DNA from: Cyanidioschyzon merolae
Taxonomy: Eukaryota
Assembly (NCBI GenBank): GCA_000091205.1
Contig: AP006500.2
Direction: 5' to 3' (one strand)
DNA: 64,000 nt
How positions within the stretch are numbered: the first letter of the stretch is position 1; every line of letters starts with the position of its first letter. A program made the position numbers and the translations under genes. Below, one piece after another: positions 54,525-64,000 of this stretch. The notes below the pieces were generated by a model. That model saw only the letters and a program-made list of their open reading frames with translations, did no database searches and was not told the DNA's origin.

Positions 54525-56783
54525 TCAAAGAGAACGCGACCTACGACCTCGTCGCTGTCTCAGAGAAGCGCTGCTAAAAACCCGAATTCCCGCCACTGCA
54601 CTGGAGAACTCATCGAGTTCCAGGCTCGGTGGTAACATTGCCTGAAGGGTCGACGAGTGCGTCGATGCTCGCTCCATCCGCTCCAGACGCCCGTTCGGTA
54701 TGTGCAGCAACCTAGAACGTTGAGATGCAACGCCGGTGCCTTCCGACTCATGCGAGAAACGGCGCCACAGCCATTCATCGGTTTCTAGATATTTTTCACG
54801 CGCACTGTCGACGTTCTTGTCTGACACTGTGCGCAATCGCCTGCGTGTTTCATGTCCGTCGTGGCTTGTGCGGGTGACGTTATCTGGGGCGCCGAGCGGC
54901 GAGGTCTGCTCCAGCGGCCGTACGCCGTTGGGCGAGTGAGCCGGCGCATCCACGTGCAATGCCTCCAGGACGGTCCGCAAGTCGCTTTCCTGGAGCACAG
55001 TTAGCCATCCCGATACGAGGCTCTGTCCCCATGTATCTGTGGGCATGAGTGCACCCAGGAGCACGTTTAGCGCTGCACAGGGAACACGATTTTCGGTAGT
55101 CTCATCCGGGTCGCTCCAGAGCCCGGGGTGCGTCCCGAGCAACAGCTCGTCTGCGCCCTGCGAACCGTGCTCTTGCTCTACAGAACATGAATCCTGCTCA
55201 GTTGCCCGTAACTCAAGCGGTATCTCGGTACTACCATGATCTGTGTTTTGGAGTAGATCACTGAGGAAAATCAGCAAAGCTGCACAGAAATAGCGTGGGT
55301 GCATCGCGGCGTAGGGGCGCTCTCGAGCATCCCTCCGGGCGGCGTTGGTTCCGACGAGCTCACGAATATCGACACGATGCGCAGCGGTTACCTTGCCAGA
55401 GGCTAACCAGGTAGCGGGCGACCCGTGCATGTCGGGGAGCCTGCCTTCCAGTTCCATTTGAGCTGCTTCTGCTTCTGCTGCTGCTGCTGCTGCCGATGGA
55501 CTCATTGCCCGTTCTGTCGACAAATAAATACGGAGAATGACAGGCCGACAGGCTTCCAACAGAAATAGGCACGTCTCCAGCAGCGACGATTCATCTTCAG
55601 ACCAGACCGGCGCCAAGCAGCGGCAGCTGTGATGCAAAACATGAAAACGATGCTCATCTAGAACACGTCGTATCCATTCGCAGATTCTAAAAATGTATGC
55701 ATCTAACCCCACATATTTTCTAGGCCACTGAAATCTTTCCAGTAAAAACGCCTCAGCCGATTCCAGTTGCGAGCGCTCGATCGAGAAAACTTCTCCTAGC
55801 GCGTCGCCAAGTGCTTTGGTTTTCATGAGAGACCGAGCCGCAGCGAGACGCGTTGCTGCTGCTCCAACGAGATGAAGGACATCGAGCAGACGGCGCCTGC
55901 GCGCAAGCTGGGTACTTTCTGACTCGTCTTTCAGATCACGTTCGCCAGTGGCATCAGCGTTGATTAACGTACATAAACCCGTCGTATCAATCATAAAGAC
56001 CTTCTGGATCATAAAAAAAGCAAACTCGCCGACACCTGGTTCCATTCCGAGAGTAACGCACAAGTCCATAAGCCAAGAGACGAGCTCAGTGCGCCAGCCC
56101 CATTTGCTTTGCAGTCCAGTCTCTGAAGTGAAGTTTCCAACAGCAGCAGAGAGCGACCAGTTCTCGGGGCGAGCTCGATCCAGTTGGCGCAGGAGTTCCT
56201 CCGCAGTGCGATCCATGATGCGTAAGTGCTGCACAAACCGACGCAGGCTCGGTGCTGCTCGCCGCAGCGACTCCGCTCTCGGCAACGGCTCGAAGCACTC
56301 GTCCTCGGCGCGTGTGGTCCGCCTATGCTGTACAGCCTTCGGGATCGAGCCGTCATGTCCCAGGGTCTTCGCATCAGAAACCTCTCCAGCGCCTGCGTGA
56401 CTAGTTCCCAGGCAGCTGCTGCCGCAGAGACTCGCCGCGCCAACCGTAGCTGGAAGGGTTCCTCTCCAGACGTGAGGCCGTGGTTCTCCTTCCTGACCCT
56501 GTGTCGAGAGAGTCTCTATGGACGTTCGCGACAAACATCTCTCAAGAGCTGGCGTTTTAATTTCAGCCTGCTGACGAACACGTGCTGCAACAAAAGACTG
56601 CGGTGCGCAGCGCTCTGGATTCACGGACGCTACGCTTCCCAGAGTGAGTCCCCTTTTCGTTGAGTCCATGGTGGTACCCCTCACGCACCACGTGCGTTCC
56701 CCTGTCGCAGGTATCCTGTTATCTTGTCCCTGAGCACCCATCCATACGTCGGCGGATAACCCAACGACCAGCAATGGGCGCAC
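54525..56783 (-). CDS. Hypothetical protein with a possible cyclin-box-like region and a polyalanine tract
   Basis: WRTELVSWLMDLCVTLGMEPGVGEFAFFMIQKVFMID followed by LLDVLHLVGAAATRLAAA loosely fits the cyclin N-terminal fold pattern. (GCT)n at 55471-55493 encodes A7. Confidence 0.3.
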   Translation of the reverse strand: MRPLLVVGLSADVWMGAQGQDNRIPATGERTWCVRGTTMDSTKRGLTLGSVASVNPERCAPQSFVAARVRQQAEIKTPALERCLSRTSIETLSTQGQEGEPRPHVWRGTLPATVGAASLCGSSCLGTSHAGAGEVSDAKTLGHDGSIPKAVQHRRTTRAEDECFEPLPRAESLRRAAPSLRRFVQHLRIMDRTAEELLRQLDRARPENWSLSAAVGNFTSETGLQSKWGWRTELVSWLMDLCVTLGMEPGVGEFAFFMIQKVFMIDTTGLCTLINADATGERDLKDESESTQLARRRRLLDVLHLVGAAATRLAAARSLMKTKALGDALGEVFSIERSQLESAEAFLLERFQWPRKYVGLDAYIFRICEWIRRVLDEHRFHVLHHSCRCLAPVWSEDESSLLETCLFLLEACRPVILRIYLSTERAMSPSAAAAAAEAEAAQMELEGRLPDMHGSPATWLASGKVTAAHRVDIRELVGTNAARRDARERPYAAMHPRYFCAALLIFLSDLLQNTDHGSTEIPLELRATEQDSCSVEQEHGSQGADELLLGTHPGLWSDPDETTENRVPCAALNVLLGALMPTDTWGQSLVSGWLTVLQESDLRTVLEALHVDAPAHSPNGVRPLEQTSPLGAPDNVTRTSHDGHETRRRLRTVSDKNVDSAREKYLETDEWLWRRFSHESEGTGVASQRSRLLHIPNGRLERMERASTHSSTLQAMLPPSLELDEFSSAVAGIRVFSSASLRQRRGRRSRSL

Positions 56784-57105
56784 GTCCCAGGGTATCCCCC
56801 GCGTCTATGGTCTCAGGCTAGTCTTGAAGCTTCCGCCCCGATGCGATGTCACGTAAAGCAGGGGCCTCGTCCCGTGCGCGAGATCCCGCGGATGCACCAG
56901 ACTGATCACAGGCGCGCCACATCGAAAAACGCTCAGCGATGCAGCGCAACGACGTTGGTTGGCGCGTCCGTTGGCACGCGTCGATGCGACGCACGTGCAG
57001 ATATTTCTGGCGGTGACGTTCGTACAGGGCGCCAGCGGCGCGCGCACACGCATGGGCGCGATGCTGTCCGTGCACGTGCAGCGTCGAATCCGTGCGGAAT
57101 GCCGT

Positions 57106-57136
<31 letters not shown>
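57106..57136. repeat. (GGC)10 microsatellite
   Basis: read directly. Confidence 0.9.
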
Positions 57137-57419
57137 GCGCCGTACCCGTCCCCAGACGAGCCATTCACCTCGGTGTATGGTTCATACCATGGTGATCTGT
57201 TGATTTGCTCGCGGAACCCGCATGCACCCGTTACCGACACCAGACCAGATGATCCATACAAGCAACCGATGTCCGAAAGGGTACCACAATGCGGTCCTAT
57301 TCCCGCATAGATTCTAGGGGTTACGTCACCTACAACGTCGGGGCAAGTGCGTATAGCAGACTCCACATCCGCAGCGTCTCTGGATCGCGGGAGAATTTTC
57401 CCGTAGACAAACACTGCAT

Positions 57420-59780
57420 CAGGGACGGTGGAACACGAATACATACTCGGACGAGATGAGGTCTGCACTGAGGTGTGTGGTGGCGTCTGTGTACCCGGGA
57501 GCATCTGTTACAATCCATGAATCCGCATCGTGCGCAAAGCATGCAGGCGCACCGCAGCCCGCGCTTGACGCGAGATCATCGACGCGATTGAGCGCATTAC
57601 GACGATAGCGTGGATGTCTATCCATCGACGTGCTGATGGCTCCCAGTCTTTTTCGAGCGGCCGCTGGTATCGGTTTCAGCTTCTTCTTGTACACTTTGTT
57701 CCCTAGAGGCTGCTCTACAAAGTTCATTCTCGTCAGCTCCGGGCGCCTCCGCTCCCGCACCGCCTATCTCCTGGTACTTATGGGAGCGTTAAAGTCCCGG
57801 TTCGCAAACTCTATCGCCTTTGATCGTACCCGTAAATAGCTGTTCTTGCTCGTTTTGCGACGTTCGATATCGAAGGTATGCTTCCAGTGACTGTCCTGGT
57901 TTTCGCTGGTGAACTCTATCTTCCTTACATCGAACTCCGTATGGATCTCCCTGATCATCCCGTACAGGGCCCTGGAGTTGATAGCCACAAAGTGCGACTT
58001 GTGGTTGCATATCGTAACGAAATTCAAGCGCATCCCCAGATGCGCAGCCGCCCGTTTGTACGACCCTGCATGCTTCCGCACACCCAGCTCCATCTCCGCC
58101 TTGCGTTCGAGTTCTCGGTTCAGGAGTACGAAATACCGCAGGATGGGGGAATAACATCTTTTCACATCTTTTTTCATCTCTGGTATCTTTTCTGATGGAT
58201 TCGCCAGCGCCAGAACCGCACGGTGCTCTTGAATAGCCGTACGGATTATAGAGGCTTCATTCGCGCTCCTGGGTGACGTCTTCTTGTCGACGAATTCGAC
58301 GTCATCTTTATGCTGGTGAATGTTGGTGATTCCATTGGTAACCGCTCATATTTCCTTGCGAGAGAAGCCCGGGTAGAATGCAAAGATAGAGCGTATCATG
58401 GAACGTTCAAGGTTCATGGTAATCTAGTTCTTCAGATTCGCGAGGTACTTCATTGCCCCGTATTCGGAAATACCCCAGTCACTTCTGTACCGAGTACCCT
58501 TGTACCGGAATTCCGCGTTATTTTCTTGGAGGGTATGCACTCGCTCATTTTCGTCGACGTTTCCCCTGTGTCAAGCACCAGGTGCGGAATGAAGGTCATG
58601 TTGAAAAATTCTTCCGGAACCTCGACAGTTTTGATGTCCGCCACGTTGTCATAGGTGTCCTTCACAAAATGCATCAGTCCTGACGACGCCTTTATAATAC
58701 TCATGGACTGTGTCTCGACACAATTTCCGAAGTACTCTCGCAACTTTTGCTCGTACGGATCCTTGAAATATCCAAGAACAGAGGCTTTCACGACAATCTC
58801 GTCGTACTGTCGTCTTTCTTGCAGGCATTGACGTCGGCCTCCTGCCTCGGCTTCTTCGTCTTTTCCTGTTCGTCTTTGCTCGGGACTGCTTTTCGTTTCT
58901 TTCCGTCAGCCGGCGACACTGCGCCTCGGGGACCTTCCACTTCCTTGTCCATAGATTTCCTTTTCTTACTTTGGTTTGAAAATGAACCGGCTTTGTACGC
59001 TTCTGCTATAAAACAATTAAAAATCATTTGAATAGACTCACTTGAGGGTTGAAACACGATTCAGCTGAAAGACTATAACTTGCAACGACTTTAACGCAAA
59101 TACAACTTGTAATTCAGGTGAACAAGTTAACGAATTGTCAGGATCGTGTTTCCCTTCAACGTCGACGTGCGTGTCATCTCTGATGCCTGCCAGATATGGA
59201 GATATGCGTATCGAGCGCATGATCTAGAACAAAGAACAGATACTGACCACTAACTAGCAACGATATAACGATTTCTCTCCCCGTCTACGATAAACGTTAG
59301 AAGAGGGAAAAGCTTTCCGCATTGCCGGAAGTTTATCTCCTGGGCGGAAGGTCCTGCGAGCCGGACGAGTCTGCCGGGCTTGCGCTCCGTGCGCCTCTGC
59401 AGCGACCGATGCTGTAGTGGGATCTGAGCAGATGGTTGGCAACGCAATTTAATCTGGGACAAGGAGCAGGCATGCTACGTCTGGGCGTCGCCCATATTGC
59501 AGTTGTCTCCTAACATATCGGTTCGCGCTGCCGCACACAGTTGGTCTGTCTGCGCAGCTTGCAGGCTCCCCGAGTGTTTATATTCTGCGACTCCGTGTCA
59601 GATGAATGACTCCTCGATCCGACGCCTTTAGTGGTATGACAAAGCTGTTCTGTCTCCGTCATGCATTTGCCCGAGCGGTATGTGCGCTACGGCGGCTGCA
59701 GGAAACCAGACGCTCCGCGCACGATAGAACGCACAAAATGACCATTACATTCGAGAACAGGTGATGAAACTCGGGAGTAT
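57420..59780 (-). mobile_element. Dispersed repeat family, copy 2. It is the more intact and compact copy and has the same orientation as copy 1.
   Basis: See copy 1. Minus-strand ORFs 57419-57760, 57764-58177, 58450-58791 and 59250-59462 parallel the copy-1 fragments. A hairpin-like motif and the cgatagaacg motif are conserved near the right end. Confidence 0.6.
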
Positions 59781-59815
59781 GACGCAGCATGATGGACGCT
59801 TTCCCGAAAGCCAGT

Positions 59816-59878
59816 ATCCATCCATCCATCCATCCATCCATCCATCCATCCATCCATCCATCCATCCATCCATCCATC
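59816..59878. repeat. (ATCC)n, equivalently (CATC)n, tetranucleotide microsatellite of about 15 units
   Basis: read directly. Confidence 0.95.
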
Positions 59879-59936
59879 GACAAAGTAAACGTTCTGCCAT
59901 CGGAAAAAATCCTCGCCGCAGCCGTCGGCGAGGCAG

Positions 59937-61604
59937 ATGCCCCGTGGCGAGCGGTCAGTCCACCCGTCCTGCTGTCAACGGGGTCCATCACGGACACTGA
60001 CACAAAGTGGACGCGGAACTGCCAGCGGACACGTCATAGCTCGCCAGGGCTGCACCGTTCCTGCTGCCAGATGCGGACACGAGGTCTTCGTGTCCACACA
60101 CTGCACCAGGGTTGTTTCCAAGCGCTGGCTTGTTTACAACAAACGCGGAATGTGGGAGTGCATAGCACCAACAGCCTACGCGGTGGACTGGAACACCGCG
60201 CTTGGTGACGTTCTGCAGACTCCTGAAGAAGTAGAGTTTCTGAGCACACTGGCGTGCTCGCGGGAGCGCTTGCAAGTCGCGCTGCGGCACTGGAAACAGC
60301 TCTCTCTACGGGAGCGTAGTCTATGTGGAACCCGCCAGAAGCACGCGAATAGCGAGGCTCACTTGCCAGCCGCGGAAGAGAAACCTGTCGACGAATCTGC
60401 TAATAAAGCACTCCTTAAAAACTTGAAAGAGACCCTGTTTGCGACCGCTGGGCCGGTCGAGGTGCGGAGCGCCCTCTATCAACTTGAGGCCTATATTCCG
60501 TGCTTGCAGCGCCTGACGAGCTTGTTTCAAGAACAACGTACTGTGGAACATTTTGCGCATAATCGGCACGCGAGCGAAAGCTGCCGTTTCGCGTGGAAGT
60601 CGGGAATGGCGGAACGCCGCACCGTCCAACGGGAATCATTATTGCGTTTCGAGATCCTGTTCACCCTTTTTTATTGGAGCATGGCAAAGATCAGAACCGG
60701 GCATGAAATACTTGATGAGTTTTCATCGAATGCCGAAGGTCAAACTCGCGAGGCCGTCGAGAACGAGGCAGTCCGACTCTTCCGCGAGGCCAGCGGTGTT
60801 CTCAAGTATCTCTCGGAGAAGCTTTCTCCGGGATTGCTGGTGGACATGGATAGCTCCGAATTCGTTTGTGAAGTGCATCCATGTGTAGCATCCGCACTGT
60901 CAAGAATAGCCATGGGCGAAGCTTATTTGCTGGCACTAACGCGTGCCGAGTCCCGACAGCTATCACCGGAAACACTGCTGCGTCTCTCCGTGGGTGTTAC
61001 GGAGACTTTCGCGCTCGCACGCGCTCAACTCCAAGGGCTCTGTGATGGCACTAACAAGGCTGCCGCTGGTCACAAACGACTCGCGTACTCCCCAGAGCCT
61101 GGTTACCGCGCAGTTGCGGAGCTTGGCGAGGCACTCGGACGCACACGTTGCTTCTATTATCAAGCGCTCATCTTTGAAGCGGGTACGAGTCCGCGAGAAA
61201 TTTCAGGCAAGCGCGGGGCAGTTATACGCTTGCTCGAGCACGCATCGCTCGAAATTGAGAAGCGCCGTGTGGGGCGCCTCCTGCGAGACGGCGCGTTTCG
61301 CTTCCTCGTCCCGCCGATGCGTGCGCCCACCGTCCAGCATTGGCAGAACTTAATTAGCATCAAGCTAGAAAAGAGCCGCCGCGACAATGACCTGGTATAC
61401 ATGGAACCTGTTCCGGACTCGATACCAAACATCACAGCAACTGAGGCCCTGTATCCGTTCTATGCTGTTGAGTATTCCTTCACGGACTTGAACCAAACCC
61501 AGCTCGATGCCAGTTCATCTCTAGACGCGTCACTGAATGGTAGCCCCCGCGCCGGTGCCCAGCAGAACGGAACGAACGAGTCGATTGGAGGGACTTTCCG
61601 CTGA
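59937..61604 (+). CDS. Hypothetical protein, possibly BRO1-like-domain. The true start is probably an internal Met near MWECIAP.
   Basis: [36 protein letters not shown] loosely fits the BRO1-domain F.W.D...FE.A.VLFN pattern. Weak. Confidence 0.25.
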   Translation: MPRGERSVHPSCCQRGPSRTLTQSGRGTASGHVIARQGCTVPAARCGHEVFVSTHCTRVVSKRWLVYNKRGMWECIAPTAYAVDWNTALGDVLQTPEEVEFLSTLACSRERLQVALRHWKQLSLRERSLCGTRQKHANSEAHLPAAEEKPVDESANKALLKNLKETLFATAGPVEVRSALYQLEAYIPCLQRLTSLFQEQRTVEHFAHNRHASESCRFAWKSGMAERRTVQRESLLRFEILFTLFYWSMAKIRTGHEILDEFSSNAEGQTREAVENEAVRLFREASGVLKYLSEKLSPGLLVDMDSSEFVCEVHPCVASALSRIAMGEAYLLALTRAESRQLSPETLLRLSVGVTETFALARAQLQGLCDGTNKAAAGHKRLAYSPEPGYRAVAELGEALGRTRCFYYQALIFEAGTSPREISGKRGAVIRLLEHASLEIEKRRVGRLLRDGAFRFLVPPMRAPTVQHWQNLISIKLEKSRRDNDLVYMEPVPDSIPNITATEALYPFYAVEYSFTDLNQTQLDASSSLDASLNGSPRAGAQQNGTNESIGGTFR

Positions 61605-61799
61605 AACCAAACGCCAAATAAACACTGTGTTCTGATTCACAACGACAAATGGACGACAAGAACCGCCTCAGCGAAATCCACGCAACCGAGTCAGCATTCA
61701 CGGCACGCTAGAAAAAGTTCGTATCCCGACCTGCATCCCTTGGGTCTGAACGACAACCAATAAAACACGCCATGTATCGCAAGCATGAAACTAGAGCAA

Positions 61800-62040
61800 T
61801 GCTCCAGCGGGCGCTGCGTATCGCCGCGCACAACGCCTGCGCGTATCCTCGAGCCGACGCACTTTGTGTGGTACGGCAACGCCGTTCTGTCTCCGTGCAG
61901 CGACCTCAGCGGCGCTATAGGCGCTATTGCTGTCGCTTTCGGCAGGCAGTAGGCACACACGATAGGACGTACGAAACCACCAGAATATCCGAGATGAAGT
62001 ATAGGTAATGTAACATGGAGGTAGGTGTAGATCGTTGGAT
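61800..62040. mobile_element. Terminal fragment (about 240 bp) of the same dispersed repeat family, corresponding to the right end of copies 1 and 2.
   Basis: ggcaggcagtaggcacacacgataggacgtacgaaacc...gaagtataggtaatgtaacatgga matches 4085-4170 and 59690-59770. Upstream, gttctgtctccgt and ctcgagccgacgcactttgtgtggtacggcaa match 59580-59650. Confidence 0.6.
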
Positions 62041-64000
62041 CCTCCACCTCGCACTGGAAAAAACATAAACTAAGAAAAGCAAAATGCGCATAATCGGAGA
62101 ACGCTGGCCTAAGTGAACGTTCTGTCAATGGAAAAAAAGGGAAAAAATGCCTGCGCGTGTTAAACCCGCAGGCACGCATCGCTCACATGATTCATGTTTA
62201 GAATCGATGAGCAGAATGAGGGATTCCACACGCGTGCGATTCTTAGCAACAGGTAGAAAAGCGTCTACTTTCCCGTTTTAGACCGCCTCAAGTTCCACAA
62301 ATTCCAGACGAGACTTGATTACGGGAATTATGGTCCGTTCAAGCGTTCCTCCGGGCATCGAGCATATTGTTAGAAGCGGCTCCGGCGCGAAACGCCCTGA
62401 TGCAGTCGACATACAGAGAGAGACCGGCTCTGGGGTATCTTTGCCGGCGTCAGTGTCAGGCGTTATTCACTGGATTCGGAGCCGAAGACCATTGTTCTTC
62501 TGGGAACCAAAAGGCCGTGTAGACAGACCTGCTTCCAGCAGCGCAAAACGACACGCTATGACAACATAGCGACCAGAGCGACGCCTAGACACAGACCGTC
62601 CATCTCCATCCCGGAAAACCGCGTTGCAGAAGACCTGTCTGGGTCTCGTCACAGCATCCGCCACCGGGGGCACGCGGAGCCATAGCGCTGCAGGCTCGTC
62701 CGGTTCGCGAAACTTTCCATCTACAGGATGAACTTTCGAATATCTGGAAACCGTCCAACCGTACATCGTCTGCGACACGGATGGAAGATAGTATTCGTCA
62801 GTTGCTGGTTACTTCCTCGTTTTTGTTCTATGGGCGCCCGTGCCGCCCATGCAATCCGCGAAACCTATACCTGCGTCAGATTGTAATGGAGCGTTGCACT
62901 GCTCGCTCTGCACCTGGGTTTCGATTTTTTCGGAACTAGATTAGTTGCGTACCCTCGAAATTCGAAGTGCAGTCATGAGAGCATGTGGAGGCTTTTTGGT
63001 TCTTCAAGGATTTGCGGTTGTCCTTTCGGAATGAACACCACAACGCTTCCCAGACGGAAGCGGGTCCGTCACCGGAATCAACATGATTCGCGATGCTATC
63101 GAATAAGGCTTCGCAGAGTAGTACACTTCAATTTCCCTGTCATTCGGATGAGCATCCACGCTTCTCCCTTCCCAGCGTCTAGCGGATGCCTCAATCGCGC
63201 ATTCTTCGCGTTCTCGAGCACTCTGTTTCGTAGCAGAGTCGGCGCTCAGCAACGGGCAACATCGTCTACACAGACAAGGCTAACACGATGACGTCGCTTG
63301 ACGGCTTGCTCACGGGCTCGGGTCAGAAAATCACTGACCTCTGGTCATCATACAATCGATTCCGTTCGAAAGCCAAATCAGCCTCTATTTGGAACCGCCA
63401 AAGACATGGCATTCGACGCGAGCACGAGACCCTTCAGGGCATGTATTCCCGAAAGCTCCAGTCTTTTCCGGTTGCACGGAAAAATGTCCTGACCTCGGCC
63501 AGAGGTCATCGCAGCGACCGTCTCCGGTGGAGCGCGTACCAGCGCTTTACACGGCGTCAGCGTTCACCGATGGACATCGCTCAGCTCGCTCGGCGCCCTG
63601 GATGGAGCTCCCGGTGCTCTTCTCATCGTGGACAATATCGCGTTCCACAAATCCTCCATGGAGTGCGACACAGTGCGCCTGCGTGTGCAGCAGACAGCGC
63701 TCCCGCCTAGGGAGTCGCCCAGGCGAAGCAGGTGATCGCGAGGCATAGCGCCAGGTGCGGAAACGTACGAGAGCACCCACTGGCGCCTTCTGTACCCGTC
63801 AAGGCCAGGCACCGAGCGGTGAAGCAAGCGTCCACCCGCCACAGGTTAACGCTGCGAGGTGTAGTGGGTTTCTCGGAACACCTGACCACTGTCAAGGGTC
63901 AACGCGCGGAACGGCGTCCAGCGCCCGCGTCCAAACTAGACAGAGAGAACACCTGAAGCGTGGATCGCAACTTCTGCCCATGAACGAACAGCGTCTGCAA

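Noticed and set aside
1-64000. CRISPR array or prokaryotic defence system
   Set aside because: The tandem repeats have no unique spacers. The window is clearly eukaryotic nuclear DNA, with an RPB1 CTD, PDK, Tim9 and NDUFAF7. No cas-like or restriction-modification-like ORFs are seen.
1-64000. Telomeric repeats (TTAGGG or CCCTAA type), rRNA genes and tRNA genes
   Set aside because: No telomere-type arrays were found. Only (ATCC)n and trinucleotide microsatellites are present. I could not confirm any tRNA cloverleaf or rRNA segment by eye. A tRNAscan or Infernal run would be needed to exclude small RNAs.

Overview
This window is eukaryotic nuclear DNA, GC-rich (about 57-58%) and apparently intron-poor. 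The largest subunit of RNA polymerase II (RPB1, with a CTD heptad array) is encoded as one uninterrupted 1.8-kb... 5.5-kb ORF, and most recognisable genes are single long ORFs on alternating strands. Confidently recognised genes are RPB1, a pyruvate dehydrogenase kinase (GHKL ATPase), a small Tim9-type twin-CX3C protein, an NDUFAF7/MidA-family methyltransferase, a PMT-type O-mannosyltransferase, a VPS41-like HOPS subunit, a J-domain protein, an EamA/DMT transporter, an RWD-domain protein and a Tim44-like-domain protein. Several lower-confidence ORFs are also listed. The non-coding space holds many minisatellites with 65-75 bp units (65, 70, 73, 74 and 75 bp), mostly in intergenic or promoter-proximal positions, and many trinucleotide and tetranucleotide microsatellites, some inside coding sequence as polyQ, polyA, polyP or polyG/S tracts. 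Two higher-order structures stand out. First, a near-identical inverted repeat of about 510 bp brackets a 5-kb segment carrying the convergent NDUFAF7-like and PMT-like genes. Each arm sits in the same orientation immediately upstream of its gene, so the two genes share a duplicated upstream or promoter sequence. Second, a diverged dispersed repeat family of 2.4-3.3 kb is present as two direct copies near the two ends of the window plus a terminal fragment. Copy 1 additionally carries an in-frame 75-bp (25-aa) coding tandem repeat. The RPB1 CTD is unusual: canonical YSPTSPA heptads are followed by about 11 YSPSSPNVA nonamers. The lineage cannot be determined from sequence alone. A GC-rich, intron-poor protist such as a stramenopile or oomycete-like organism, or an alga, is a reasonable guess. 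Displayed coordinates may be off by 1 relative to the ORF track in places.
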